A stretch of DNA of 64,000 nucleotides, from the IMG/VR virus record IMGVR_UViG_3300046373_000039, positions 1-64,000 of that record; one strand, written 5' to 3'. The notes below the pieces were generated by a model. The model was not told where the DNA came from and made no database searches. It saw only the letters and a list, made by a program, of their open reading frames with translations. Position numbers and translations under genes: made by a program. Numbering within the stretch: position 1 is the stretch's first letter; every line of letters starts with the position of its first letter. Positions 14,577 through 24,961 of the stretch are shown here, one piece after another. This stretch comes from a virus.

Positions 14577-15428
14577 ATGGAAATCAAAGCTTACGCCTGT
14601 AAACACTGTGAATCAATCTACAAGACAGCACAAAAAGCATCAGCATGTGAAAAGAAATGTGTAGCCCGTATTGCCGAGAAAAAGGTTGAAGAGGAGCGTG
14701 AAGCAAACCTTCAAACACTTGTTCATTATGTCCGTCTGAATGCTGAGTCTGTAGAAGATATCTGCCGAATGTCTGAGGAAGTCAGTCAGAAATTATTCCC
14801 TAAATCTTCTATCAAGAAGATGATATTGCGAGTAAGCTATAATTCTCACGCAAGTAATACGCACTCTCGTCCGATTGGTGGTGTTAGTAATTTCAGTCCC
14901 CGTAGTAATCCTGAAAAACCAACAGGGTACCCTGCACTGACTGGCACTATCGGGGTTGTCTATAACAAAGAACCTAAAGGATTTAGTGATGAAGTCTTTA
15001 ACCTATATAATGGTATTGCAGGGATTCACACAGGTTCTGGTGGTTATCAAGGGTCTGATGAAGGCTATACTGTAGGTTATAGTGTAACACTGTGGTTGTC
15101 TGACTTCCCAAAGATTCAAGCTACCATTGAGACTAAACAAAAATACATTGATAGCTATGAGGCGTTTCGCTCCAACCTTGCTGGAGAATATCTGGAACAA
15201 GTGAATGCAGATGCCGAGATTAATATTGCTAAGTCCAATATCAAAGACTTTGAAGATGAAATCAGAAAGCTACGTGAATTGATTGTTTGCGAGGCAGATA
15301 TCATCAAGGACAAGAAAGTAACGTACTCTGCACCGAAGCAAGAAATTCTCGATAAAGAGTATCAGAAGACCTTGAATGATTTTGGTATTAGTCGTGGTCA
15401 TCAGTACCTGACAAGCAGATTGGAATAA
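14577..15428 (+). CDS. Hypothetical 283-aa protein with N-terminal Cys motif and C-terminal coiled coil
   Basis: CKHC...CEKKC; GAGGAG RBS; own promoter. Confidence 0.8.
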   Translation: MEIKAYACKHCESIYKTAQKASACEKKCVARIAEKKVEEEREANLQTLVHYVRLNAESVEDICRMSEEVSQKLFPKSSIKKMILRVSYNSHASNTHSRPIGGVSNFSPRSNPEKPTGYPALTGTIGVVYNKEPKGFSDEVFNLYNGIAGIHTGSGGYQGSDEGYTVGYSVTLWLSDFPKIQATIETKQKYIDSYEAFRSNLAGEYLEQVNADAEINIAKSNIKDFEDEIRKLRELIVCEADIIKDKKVTYSAPKQEILDKEYQKTLNDFGISRGHQYLTSRLE

Positions 15429-15431
15429 CGC

Positions 15432-15460
15432 TTGACTGCACAGAATTTTACGAGTATTAT
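15432..15460 (+). promoter_or_regulatory. sigma70 promoter for the replication module
   Basis: TTGACT-N17-TATTAT. Confidence 0.7.
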
Positions 15461-15496
15461 TGATCGTATTGAAATTAATTGATGAGGAGAGATGTG

Positions 15497-15763
15497 ATGT
15501 TTACAGCCAAAGACCTATACAATAAGATTCAAGAATCAAATGAATGCCCAGCCATTGATTTCTGGATTGAAAATACTTTGGTGGAGAGGTTCAAATCAAA
15601 TCCACATAATGTGACAGTAGCAGTGAGTGTGTTGAAGGTTAACAATTGGACTAAGACAGGTTTTGAATTGTCTATGAAAGAACGTGGGTTTCATGTTAAG
15701 TTTGTAAGTGATCAGCGTGATGGAGATTATTATTCAATCAGCTATCCGCCACAGAGCCTTTGA
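15497..15763 (+). CDS. Hypothetical protein
   Basis: GAGGAG RBS before MFTAKD. Confidence 0.65.
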   Translation: MFTAKDLYNKIQESNECPAIDFWIENTLVERFKSNPHNVTVAVSVLKVNNWTKTGFELSMKERGFHVKFVSDQRDGDYYSISYPPQSL

Positions 15764-15764
15764 T

Positions 15765-15929
15765 ATGAGTAACATATACGAGATTTACTACGAAAATAAA
15801 CAAGGTGACATTGTTCATTGTCAAGATACATATGATGAACAAGAAGCTTTACGTGAAATTTACTCACTGAGTTATGAATTCCCTAAAAATAGCTATTGGT
15901 ATGAAGTAACTTATGAGGATGAACAATAG
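15765..15929 (+). CDS. Small acidic protein
   Basis: ATG just after the previous stop. Confidence 0.55.
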   Translation: MSNIYEIYYENKQGDIVHCQDTYDEQEALREIYSLSYEFPKNSYWYEVTYEDEQ

Positions 15930-15984
15930 CTATCCTTGAAAGCATTTGAATTAAGGTGGGATTAGAGATTATGGGAGAGATGAT

Positions 15985-17844
15985 TTGAGTAATATTAGAG
16001 AGGTTATATCTCACTATCTTGATATCTCTGGCGACAAATGCTGTTGTCCTTTTCATAAGGAACGTACACCTTCGCTGAATATCTTTGATGAGACAAATTC
16101 ATTCTATTGTTTTGGCTGTGGTCAAAGTGGTGATGAAATTGAATTTGTAAAAGAGTACAAAAGGTTGACATTTCCTAATGCTGTGAAGGAGGTGTGTTCA
16201 ATTCTAAAACTGACTAAAGAGGAGCTTATGGAAAGTAAAGATAAAGAAAAAGTTGCTGAGAAAGTATCTGTTGAAAATGCTGAAGTTATGGATGTTGAAG
16301 AGGTTAAATCTCTAATTCAATCTACAGGCTATGTAAGTAATGGTTATCGCGGTATCCGAGATGAGATTAACAAATTCTTTGGACACTTGAGTAAACTTGA
16401 TAGTCAAGGCAATGTAATTGCTCGTTATTATCCTGAAACCAATAACAATGGTAAATTAACTGGTTACAAATGCCGAAATACACCAAAAGACTTTAGTCAC
16501 GGGAACCAAGGTATTACAGGCAGCAAAAGTCAATTAAGCGGTCAAGTAAAATTCAAATCTCCTGCCAAATATGTTCTCTATGTTGGTGGCGAGGAGGACA
16601 AAGCAGCAGCTTTTCAAATGCTCAAGGACAATCGTAAGGATCAGGAATTTGATTCTATTCCTGTAGTAAGCTCAACGGTTGGTGAGTTGACAGCGGCCAA
16701 ACAAGCTGCACAACAGTATGATTGGTTTGATCAATACGATATCATTATAATTGGTATGGATAACGATGAAGCTGGTCGAATTGCTGCAAAAAAGATTGCA
16801 GACGTGCTACCTAAAGAAAAAGTACGTATTGCTACTTGGTCAGGTAAAGATCCAAATCAGATGCTGATTGACGGCAAAGAGAAACAGTTTGTTCGTGATT
16901 TCTATAATGCTAAGGAGTTTATAAACAGTGGTATTTCCTCTTCTGGTGATGCTGAAGCGGGTCTTGAAGAATTCCTGACAGCGCCTAAGATTGGTCTTCC
17001 ACCACAACTTAGTAAGCTTCAGGCTGCAATGCGGGGTGGTATTAAGTCAACTGGTTCCGTTGTAAATATCATTGGCGACACGAGCATCGGTAAGAGCTTT
17101 CTGTCTGATACACTGATTTATCATTGGTTGTTCAATAGTCCTCGTGTACCAACTATTGTTAGTCTTGAACGTACCAAAGAAGAGTTGACAATTGATTTAC
17201 TTTCCATGCACCTTAAGAAAAACCTGATGTGGTTTACAGATGGTCATGATGCTGTTGACTATTTGAATCAACCAGAAGTTCAGCTACTGAAAAATGAGCT
17301 TCTTTACAACGAAGCTGGTGAACCTCGATTCTTTATCATTGACGAGCGTGAAGGTGATATTGAACTTCTGAAGCGTCAGATGGAGAAAAGTGGTAAAGTT
17401 AATGACTCACGATTGATGGTTATTGACCCACTAACTGACTTCTTGCGGTCTTTGGGAACAGAAGTACAAGAGAATTTTATGATGTGGCAGAAGCTGCAAA
17501 AGAAGAATGGTTTTGTATTTATCAACATTCTTCACACACGCAAACCACCAACTGATAAAGATGGTAATGTCCGCAAGGTTACGGAATATGATGCGTTGGG
17601 GTCCGGGACATTTATCCAGTCAGCAGACGTTAACATTGTGATCAATCGTGATAAGATGGCCTCAGATCCGATTGAGAAGAATACGACCTATGTTGACATG
17701 CCTAAGTGTCGTGGGGGTATCACTGGTGAGATTTGTGCGCTATACTATGACGCTGAAACTCGTCAACAATATGATCGTGATGAGTATTTTAATAATCCAG
17801 TAGAAGAACCACCGCAACATCATGCGGATGAGATTGATTTTTAA
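15985..17844 (+). CDS. Primase-helicase (CHC2 Zn finger + TOPRIM + SF4 helicase)
   Basis: CPFH...CFGC; GGEED and MDND TOPRIM motifs; Walker A GDTSIGKS; VIDPL; HTRK; KCRGG. Confidence 0.9.
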   Translation: MSNIREVISHYLDISGDKCCCPFHKERTPSLNIFDETNSFYCFGCGQSGDEIEFVKEYKRLTFPNAVKEVCSILKLTKEELMESKDKEKVAEKVSVENAEVMDVEEVKSLIQSTGYVSNGYRGIRDEINKFFGHLSKLDSQGNVIARYYPETNNNGKLTGYKCRNTPKDFSHGNQGITGSKSQLSGQVKFKSPAKYVLYVGGEEDKAAAFQMLKDNRKDQEFDSIPVVSSTVGELTAAKQAAQQYDWFDQYDIIIIGMDNDEAGRIAAKKIADVLPKEKVRIATWSGKDPNQMLIDGKEKQFVRDFYNAKEFINSGISSSGDAEAGLEEFLTAPKIGLPPQLSKLQAAMRGGIKSTGSVVNIIGDTSIGKSFLSDTLIYHWLFNSPRVPTIVSLERTKEELTIDLLSMHLKKNLMWFTDGHDAVDYLNQPEVQLLKNELLYNEAGEPRFFIIDEREGDIELLKRQMEKSGKVNDSRLMVIDPLTDFLRSLGTEVQENFMMWQKLQKKNGFVFINILHTRKPPTDKDGNVRKVTEYDALGSGTFIQSADVNIVINRDKMASDPIEKNTTYVDMPKCRGGITGEICALYYDAETRQQYDRDEYFNNPVEEPPQHHADEIDF

Positions 17845-17861
17845 GGAGATAGATTTGATTT

Positions 17862-18449
17862 ATGGTAAGTAAATATTGTAAAGATTGTGATGAAGAAAAG
17901 GATCAGGAATACTTTTATCTACGAAACGGTAAACCAATCGGTCATTATTGTATCGAATGTGTATGTCGTAAGAATAGAGAACGTTGGATTAATGGGTACA
18001 AAGAAAAATCTGTAGAAACTCGTAAACTTTATGCTGAAAAGAACAGAGACGTTATACTCCAGTACCATAGGGATTATTACAACACTGAGCTTGGTAGAGC
18101 TAAAAGTATGATGAAGACTATCAAGAAACGAATGAAAACTTGGGGAATTTTAGATGAATTAGATTTTGAAGAATCTTATCTGATTGAGCTAATGAAAGCT
18201 GGTTTTTGTGTCGAAACTGGTATAGAATTTGTTTACGAGAAACAAGATAGATTTAAATGTCACCCTTATTCTCCTTCTGTTGATCGGATTGATTCTACAA
18301 AAGGTTATACTAAAGATAACGTTCGTATGGTAATCTGGCAGTATAACCTTATGAAAGGTGAGATGACGGATGAAGAACTTTTAATTGTTTGTGAGAGGAT
18401 TTCCGATTGGAAAAGAAATGGTACGAATCAGATTTCGTTTATGACTTAG
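17862..18449 (+). CDS. HNH-like homing endonuclease with Zn-binding N-terminus
   Basis: CKDC...CIEC; SPSVDRIDSTKGYTKDNVR...NLMK. Confidence 0.75.
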   Translation: MVSKYCKDCDEEKDQEYFYLRNGKPIGHYCIECVCRKNRERWINGYKEKSVETRKLYAEKNRDVILQYHRDYYNTELGRAKSMMKTIKKRMKTWGILDELDFEESYLIELMKAGFCVETGIEFVYEKQDRFKCHPYSPSVDRIDSTKGYTKDNVRMVIWQYNLMKGEMTDEELLIVCERISDWKRNGTNQISFMT

Positions 18450-20587
18450 AATCATTCCCTAATTGCTTCTCTATGAGCATCATCCATGCTTCTGGGAAAC
18501 ACATGCGAGTCTTTGAGATTAGTGATCGTAAGAATGAAATTGAAGGGATTGCTAAATGCTTGCGGTATCTGGTTCAGAATAAATGTCGTATGGTGGGGTT
18601 TAACAACAACTCATACGACTACACTCTTATCCATGAAATCATCAAGTCTCTTAAGGAAGCAAAGCAAACGGGTAAGACTCCGAATATTACAGCTCAGAAG
18701 CTTTATAAATTGACAACTCAAATTATCACAAAGATGCAGTCTGAAGATAAGTGGTACGGTATTAAAGAAGCTGACCACTTTATTCAGCAGGTCGATTTGT
18801 ACAAAATCCATCATATGGATAATATGGCAAAAGCTACATCGTTGAAGGTGTTGGAAGTCAATATGCGGTCTACTAACGTGGAAGACCTACCTTTCCCTGT
18901 TGGTAAGAAGTTAACAAGCGATGAAATTGATGTATTGTTGCACTATAACAAACATGATGTTAATGAGACTCTGAAGTTCTACTACTATTCCTATGAGGCC
19001 ATTCAGCTTCGTAAAGAATTGTCTGAGAAGTTTGGATTTGACTGTACAAGCTTTAGTGACAGTAAGATTGGTGAGACTCTATTTATTAATCGTCTTGAGC
19101 AAGCTCAGAAAGGTTTATGCTATGAGTACAGTAAACACGGTGGTCGTAAGATTAATCAGACTAAGCGCGATAACATAAAGATTAAGGATTGTCTTTTTGA
19201 CTACTTGAAATTTGATCGCCCTGAGTTTAAAGCTGTACATGATTGGTTGAGCAATCAGACCGTGCAAGAGACTAAAGGTGTCTTCAATGATTATGAAGAA
19301 CATCAGATTGGTGATCTTGCTAAGTATGCTCAGATGAAAACCAAAAAGGTGTTGTTCAAGAATAGATTGAATCTCGATAATAAAGATAAACCTAAAGCTG
19401 ACTTTGATTTTACTGATCTAGACCATTTGGAAGAGCTTCAGCGGCTGAAAGATGAATTCTTGAAAGAACATCCTATGGGATATTTTGAAGAGAAGGAAAC
19501 TAAAACCTCACGCTCTCATAAGCTTAAGGTAACTGCTTTTTATCGAGTGGTTGAGGCGATCAACACTGTAATTGATGGTAAGGTGTATGTATATGGTACT
19601 GGTGGTATTCACATGTCTATTGAAAGTGAGACTGTGAGGGCAGATGATGAATGGACAATCATAGACGCTGACGTCACCTCAATGTACCCCAGCATTTCTA
19701 TTGCTAACAATGTTTACCCTGAACATCTTGGTATCACATTCTGTAAAGTGTACAAAGATCTGTTTATGGAACGTGGTAGATATCCAAAAGGCAGCGGCCC
19801 AAATGGTGCAATTAAGCTTGCTTTGAACTCTGTGTACGGTAAGTCCAACAGTGAGTTTAGTCCTCTGTATGATCCAAAATATACGCTGACTATCACCATT
19901 AACGGTCAACTTTGCCTGTCTATGCTGGCTGAAAAACTGATTGGTCTTGGTTGCAAGATGATTCAGTGTAATACCGATGGTGTGACAGCCTTGGTTCCAC
20001 GTAGTAAAGAAGCTGAGTATTATGAAATTACAAAAGCGTGGGAAAAGACCGTTGGACTTCAGTTGGAATATGCTGTATATTCAATGATGGCCCTCGGGAA
20101 TGTCAATAATTACGTAGCGGTTTACGAAGACGGTAAGGTGAAGAGTAAAGGTCAGTATGAAGTTGCTCACTTTGAAAAGCTTGGGTGGTCTAAAAACCAT
20201 TCTGCAATGATCGTACCAAAGGCTGCATTGGATTACATTGTCTATGGTAAGGATATTGAAGAAACTATTCGTTCCCACAAAGACGAATTCGACTTCCTTT
20301 TGCGTGCCAAAGTACCACGTAGCTCAAAGCTGTATTTGTGCTATGAAGATGGTCGTGACATTCAACAACAGAATATTTGCCGATACTATCCATCTGAACA
20401 CGGCGGTAAATTGGTTAAGTTGATGCCAGCTTTGATTGATGGTGGTGAGTGGCGTAGACTTGGTATGGACACAGCATACTCAGTAGAAACTTGTAATAAC
20501 ATTACAGATTTTGATTGGAAAAAACTCAATTATGAGTATTATATTAACGAAGCTTTAAAGCTCGTAGAAGGTGTGGGGTTAAAATGA
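18407..20587 (+). CDS. Family B DNA polymerase with 3'-5' exonuclease
   Basis: ExoI YDLES, ExoII FNNNSYD, DVTSMYPS, KLALNSVYGK, NTDG. Confidence 0.92.
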   Translation: MEKKWYESDFVYDLESFPNCFSMSIIHASGKHMRVFEISDRKNEIEGIAKCLRYLVQNKCRMVGFNNNSYDYTLIHEIIKSLKEAKQTGKTPNITAQKLYKLTTQIITKMQSEDKWYGIKEADHFIQQVDLYKIHHMDNMAKATSLKVLEVNMRSTNVEDLPFPVGKKLTSDEIDVLLHYNKHDVNETLKFYYYSYEAIQLRKELSEKFGFDCTSFSDSKIGETLFINRLEQAQKGLCYEYSKHGGRKINQTKRDNIKIKDCLFDYLKFDRPEFKAVHDWLSNQTVQETKGVFNDYEEHQIGDLAKYAQMKTKKVLFKNRLNLDNKDKPKADFDFTDLDHLEELQRLKDEFLKEHPMGYFEEKETKTSRSHKLKVTAFYRVVEAINTVIDGKVYVYGTGGIHMSIESETVRADDEWTIIDADVTSMYPSISIANNVYPEHLGITFCKVYKDLFMERGRYPKGSGPNGAIKLALNSVYGKSNSEFSPLYDPKYTLTITINGQLCLSMLAEKLIGLGCKMIQCNTDGVTALVPRSKEAEYYEITKAWEKTVGLQLEYAVYSMMALGNVNNYVAVYEDGKVKSKGQYEVAHFEKLGWSKNHSAMIVPKAALDYIVYGKDIEETIRSHKDEFDFLLRAKVPRSSKLYLCYEDGRDIQQQNICRYYPSEHGGKLVKLMPALIDGGEWRRLGMDTAYSVETCNNITDFDWKKLNYEYYINEALKLVEGVGLK

Positions 20588-21165
20588 CGGGCATTAGGGA
20601 CTATAAGGAGGCTTCACTATATTTTGAATATGATGAAAATTCACCTTCAGGACTAAAGTGGAAAGAAAATTCAGGATGGACAGGTAAATATTTTAAAAGA
20701 TTTCAAGGTACATATGCTGGTTCAAAATGTAAAAATCAAAAAAGGGTTTTCACAGCATGGGTAATGAGAGTAAATTCTAAAAATTATTTAGCTCATAGAA
20801 TAATCTGGTGCCTATTTAATGGCAATATAGACGAAAGTTTAAATATTGATCATATAGATGGTAATCCATTAAATAATAAGATTGACAATTTGAGGCTAAT
20901 CACTCAGACTATTAATAACAGAAATCATGCAAAACAGGTGAATAATAAAACTGGAAAAACTGGCGTGAGTAGATTGACTACGAGAGGCGTTGAGTATTAT
21001 TCTGCAACATGGTCGGAACCGTTAAAAGGAGCTAGATCTAAAAGGTTCAGTATCAAAAAGTATGGAGAGGCTAAAGCTTTTGAGCTAGCCAGCGAATATA
21101 GGGATATGAAAATGGCTGAATTTGATCAGTTAGGATTAACCTACTCTGATAGACATGGATTATGA
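20584..21165 (+). CDS. HNH homing endonuclease with AP2-like C-terminal domain
   Basis: AHRIIW, IDHIDGNPLNNKIDNLR, FSIKKYGEAKAFELA. Confidence 0.85.
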   Translation: MTGIRDYKEASLYFEYDENSPSGLKWKENSGWTGKYFKRFQGTYAGSKCKNQKRVFTAWVMRVNSKNYLAHRIIWCLFNGNIDESLNIDHIDGNPLNNKIDNLRLITQTINNRNHAKQVNNKTGKTGVSRLTTRGVEYYSATWSEPLKGARSKRFSIKKYGEAKAFELASEYRDMKMAEFDQLGLTYSDRHGL

Positions 21166-21186
21166 AAGAAATCTCAAAATAAAACC

Positions 21187-21215
21187 TTTACACAACACTC
21201 TTATTATGCGATAAT
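21187..21215 (+). promoter_or_regulatory. sigma70 promoter with extended -10
   Basis: TTTACA-N17-GATAAT preceded by TGC. Confidence 0.6.
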
Positions 21216-21257
21216 ATACGTGTAAATTAAATATCAAGCTGAATGAAGGAGAGGGAA

Positions 21258-21446
21258 ATGAAGACTGAACAAGAATATAGCGACATGGCAGACCTGCACT
21301 ACGCACATCAGTTTGGTCAAGATTATGTTCGTCAAGGTTATAATAAAAATATTATTACAGAATTTGATAAAACCTTTAAGGGCGGGCATATTTACAAACA
21401 AGAGTTTGATCGTGGCGTAAAATACGAAGAAACAAAATTTAACTAA
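21258..21446 (+). CDS. Hypothetical protein
   Basis: AGGAGAGG RBS. Confidence 0.6.
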   Translation: MKTEQEYSDMADLHYAHQFGQDYVRQGYNKNIITEFDKTFKGGHIYKQEFDRGVKYEETKFN

Positions 21447-21638
21447 ACCCGAGGAGAAATAAAATGAACACACTAATCCAATACGTAGTAGCAGATGAAC
21501 AAAACGTGTACGCTAGTGCATCAACTCGTAAAGATGCCCGTACATATCTCAAAACTGTAAAGCAAGAACTTGGTAAAACCACAGCTAAGATTTATCAGCA
21601 AGAGTTTCTACTTTTGTCTGAAAAGCAGGTTCGATAAG

Positions 21639-21866
21639 ATGGGCACCATCCGCATTACTGAAACATCCCGTACAAGCGAACTATCCTCAACAGTTGAATA
21701 TGAATTCAGTGACTTCCAAGATTATATTTCTTGGCGTAATCTGCAAAGTAAACAACTGAAAGATTCTCTGATGGATATCTTTGGTGGACTTGGAGATATT
21801 CCAGGGGAAGAGTCTCAGGCAGAGATTGTAGATATTTCTGTTGGGAAGAAACCTACGAAACATTAA
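21639..21866 (+). CDS. Hypothetical protein (MGTIRITE...)
   Basis: ORF in dense + strand operon. Confidence 0.55.
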   Translation: MGTIRITETSRTSELSSTVEYEFSDFQDYISWRNLQSKQLKDSLMDIFGGLGDIPGEESQAEIVDISVGKKPTKH

Positions 21867-21880
21867 TTGAGGAGAAATAA

Positions 21881-22174
21881 ATGCTAGAAGAAGTAATGCA
21901 ATACATTGAGTTAATTCCAGAGTTCAAACCAGTTGTACGTAAAGTGCTTGATGGTCTGAAAGCTTATGAAGAAGAGTGTAACGAGATTACAGACTTTGTA
22001 ATTGACCGTACAGTTGCTAACAAAGTTAAAATGTACAAAGCTTTCCAAGCTGCTGGTATTAGTGATGATCATTCGTTGGTTCTGACAGTGAACACTTATC
22101 AGCAGTTTGAGAAAACTGCAAAAGAATTTGGTAAGAATATTTCGGCTAACAAAGCGGATAAGATTGCTAAATAA
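21881..22174 (+). CDS. Hypothetical protein
   Basis: GAGGAG RBS. Confidence 0.7.
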   Translation: MLEEVMQYIELIPEFKPVVRKVLDGLKAYEEECNEITDFVIDRTVANKVKMYKAFQAAGISDDHSLVLTVNTYQQFEKTAKEFGKNISANKADKIAK

Positions 22175-22240
22175 ACGAGTCTTAAAATACTCAACGTAAT
22201 AGTGAACTAAATTAATACACACCAAAATAGAGAGAAATAA

Positions 22241-22933
22241 ATGACTACTTCTGTAATTGTAAAACAACTTCCTAAGTCTGGTACTCTGGAAACCTTTAAC
22301 GTGTACATCTTGAACACGCCTGTGTTCTATGCGAAAGTGCATGACGTGAAGTTTAAATATCAAAGCACTACTGATAAAGAATACAGCCTCACTCCTTTTG
22401 TAGACGAGGAGACAAAAGACAGGCTGCTAGACGAAGTTATGTTGAACAAAACTTTTGCCCAAGTTGGTAAGGATAAAACATCAAAGGCGCCGCGGCGCAT
22501 CAAGTATCCTCTGTCTTCACAAGTTGAAGAGGGCAAGACAAACTATGATGTAGTTGATGGTTTGTTTGGCTTCACTGTAGCAAAACCTGAGTTCAGCAAG
22601 GCCGGTAACAAGATGTCAGTCAATGTTATTGACAAAGATGGTCAAGCGTTCACAGCCGATATCGGCAATGGGTCTGTATGTACTCTGAAACTTTTTGGTT
22701 ACAAAAACGTTGAAGGTCAACTGACGGTTACGTTGGACACTGTACAGGTCATTGAACATGTACCTTATGAAAGCAAAGGCGGTGACGGTAGCGTTGAAGA
22801 TGAGGTTCTGGGTAACTACAAGGTTAAGAAGGCTGAGCCTAAAACAAATGAAGAGGAAGCTCCAGCACCAAAGACTAAAGCGGCACTAGAGCCTGTAGCG
22901 ATTGACGAAGAGGAAGACCCACTTCCATTCTGA
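22241..22933 (+). CDS. Single-stranded DNA-binding protein (T7 gp2.5-like)
   Basis: IGNGSVC...LDTVQVIEHVPY; acidic tail ending DEEEDPLPF. Confidence 0.75.
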   Translation: MTTSVIVKQLPKSGTLETFNVYILNTPVFYAKVHDVKFKYQSTTDKEYSLTPFVDEETKDRLLDEVMLNKTFAQVGKDKTSKAPRRIKYPLSSQVEEGKTNYDVVDGLFGFTVAKPEFSKAGNKMSVNVIDKDGQAFTADIGNGSVCTLKLFGYKNVEGQLTVTLDTVQVIEHVPYESKGGDGSVEDEVLGNYKVKKAEPKTNEEEAPAPKTKAALEPVAIDEEEDPLPF

Positions 22934-23295
22934 TCTAAAACAAGGTACATGGATTGTGCCACTTATTTAAGGAGAGATTTATGCAACTATCTGAAAGTGA
23001 GTTACTTAGTCTATTTGTGAAACGATATACTGAAATGAAAGGTAAGCAACGAAATGATCGACGAGATTACAAACCAGTTGAAGAAGCGCTGGATGCATTT
23101 GTAACCAAGTTTAAAGAAATCAATTCAACTCGATACATTTAAGGGGACAAGCATGACTGAAGCAACCTTGAACACAGAATCACAAACACTGAAGAATTTA
23201 TATGATGCACTTGATAAAGCAATTGCAAGTGAACAAGCGGATTTGATTAATGTGCTGAGTTCAGCAATTCAACGACTACGATAAGGAGAAATACA

Positions 23296-23571
23296 TTGGA
23301 AACTATGATGCACATTGGTGCAAAGCTTGATAAAGAAACAGCAGATAATGCTTCAAATGCAATTGAGCAAATCTTGAAGGCAGCCTTTGAGTATCGCAGT
23401 AGCGATAAAGTTTTGCTGAAGAGTTTGGATGTGCTTAAAGCTGCTGTTACTGTACAAGGTGTTAATATTAGTGGCTGTACATTTGATAATGATCAGAGCA
23501 AAAAGGTTATTATTGAAGTCCTCTCTGATTACACAATACCTAATAGCAGTGCTGTAGAATACAAACTTTAA
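23296..23571 (+). CDS. Hypothetical protein
   Basis: AAGGAG RBS. Confidence 0.6.
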   Translation: METMMHIGAKLDKETADNASNAIEQILKAAFEYRSSDKVLLKSLDVLKAAVTVQGVNISGCTFDNDQSKKVIIEVLSDYTIPNSSAVEYKL

Positions 23572-23581
23572 GGAGAAACAA

Positions 23582-23839
23582 ATGATTACCGAACGAGAAC
23601 TATACGACCGTCTTGTAGACCTAGAAACTCAAAAGCTTACTCTTACTGCTGACATCAATGCTTTGAAAGCTGACAGTAAGTATAGTGAATATGATAATCC
23701 AAAAGGCTTGGCAAAAGAAGATATTAAGAATATTCATGGTGCCAGCAAGCTTCGTGCAAAGGCTGACTACGAAGAGAAGAAAGAAGCTGCTCAAGCTGTG
23801 TTCAAGAAGTATGAAGAACTTGAGCAATATAATGACTGA
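23582..23839 (+). CDS. GapR/T4 DsbA-like dsDNA-binding protein
   Basis: LYDRLVDLETQKLTLTADINALK pattern, helical; AAGGAG RBS. Confidence 0.5.
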   Translation: MITERELYDRLVDLETQKLTLTADINALKADSKYSEYDNPKGLAKEDIKNIHGASKLRAKADYEEKKEAAQAVFKKYEELEQYND

Positions 23840-23850
23840 TAAGTAATATT

Positions 23851-23878
23851 GAGGGGAGCTTTTTGCTCCCCTTTGTTT
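23851..23878 (+). terminator. Intrinsic terminator
   Basis: GGGGAGC-TTTTT-GCTCCCC-TTTGTTT. Confidence 0.85.
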
Positions 23879-23893
23879 AAGTGGGAGAAATAA

Positions 23894-24961
23894 GTGAGTG
23901 ATAAATACGAACTAGTCTTACTGGATGCTGACACTCCGGTCTTTAAAGCTGCAAAGTCTGTGCAACAAGATTACATTATCGTAAGCCGTAAATCTGATGG
24001 CGCAACTAAACGGTATAAGAACAAAACTGAATTCTGGGGACACCACAAAAAGAAAGAGGGTGGTGAGCTTGCAAAGAACAATCTTATTCGTATTGAGAGA
24101 GGACTTGAGCCAAATAAACCAGAAGATTATGAAGTAGAAGAGTGTGCTGAATTGGTACCTGAAATTGAGGATCATGTAGCAGCAGGAGTAGAACAGTTTG
24201 ACCGATTTGTAGGTAAAATTAAGGGATTAAACCTTGCTCAAGACTACAGGCTAGGCATTGGTGGGAATGGTAACTTTCGCTACGAAATGTCTCAACAATT
24301 GCCCTATAAAGGGGCTAGGAAGGACAAGCCTTTATTGTTCCTTGAAATTAAAGAAGCCATTATTAAAAAGTATCGAAACAAAGTTGTAGTGGTTGATGAT
24401 GAAGAAGTAGATGATTGGTGTTCAATCAAGGGTTATGAGAACTACAAACATTTTCTTAAAACAGGTAAGTGGAAATATGTTCTTGGGTTCTTGGATAAAG
24501 ACATCAAACAAGTTATTTCTCCTCAGTTCAACTTTGATGATCAGTTTCCAGAAGTGATTATTCCAACCCCGTTTGATGCTGCTAAATGTTTTGCAAGCCA
24601 ATGCCTAAGCGGGGATCTGTCCACGGACAATATTCTTGGACTTCCTAACTTTACAAAAGAGATTCAAGAGAAATATAAGTTAGGTGGAACTCGTGGAATT
24701 GGTAAGGCTACTGCTCTGAAGTACCTTGAATCGGCAACAACTATCAAAGAGTTGTTTGAACGAGTTGTTGAGGCTTATAAGAGCTATTACGGAACACAGA
24801 AGCAAGAGCTTGTCAGTCACACAGGACAGTGCTTGATGTGGGATTGGTTGGACTTTTTGCAAGACAATGCTCAGCTTCTCTACTTGCGAAGAGAGGAAAG
24901 CGAGATGTATCATATTTGTACTACATTAGATAAATTAGGGATTGATTATGGAGTTGATTGA
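23894..24961 (+). CDS. 5'-3' exonuclease (T7 gp6/FEN-like)
   Basis: LDAD, YKGAR, EEVDD, DKDIKQ, GDLSTDNILG, GIGKATA. Confidence 0.85.
   Translation: MSDKYELVLLDADTPVFKAAKSVQQDYIIVSRKSDGATKRYKNKTEFWGHHKKKEGGELAKNNLIRIERGLEPNKPEDYEVEECAELVPEIEDHVAAGVEQFDRFVGKIKGLNLAQDYRLGIGGNGNFRYEMSQQLPYKGARKDKPLLFLEIKEAIIKKYRNKVVVVDDEEVDDWCSIKGYENYKHFLKTGKWKYVLGFLDKDIKQVISPQFNFDDQFPEVIIPTPFDAAKCFASQCLSGDLSTDNILGLPNFTKEIQEKYKLGGTRGIGKATALKYLESATTIKELFERVVEAYKSYYGTQKQELVSHTGQCLMWDWLDFLQDNAQLLYLRREESEMYHICTTLDKLGIDYGVD

Noticed and set aside
17845-18449. Possible group I intron linking helicase and polymerase through the HNH-like ORF
   Set aside because: Both flanking genes are complete and there is no room for an intron core.
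19330-19540. Charged insert in the DNA polymerase considered as an intein
   Set aside because: No intein terminal residues or LAGLIDADG motifs seen; more likely a lineage-specific loop.
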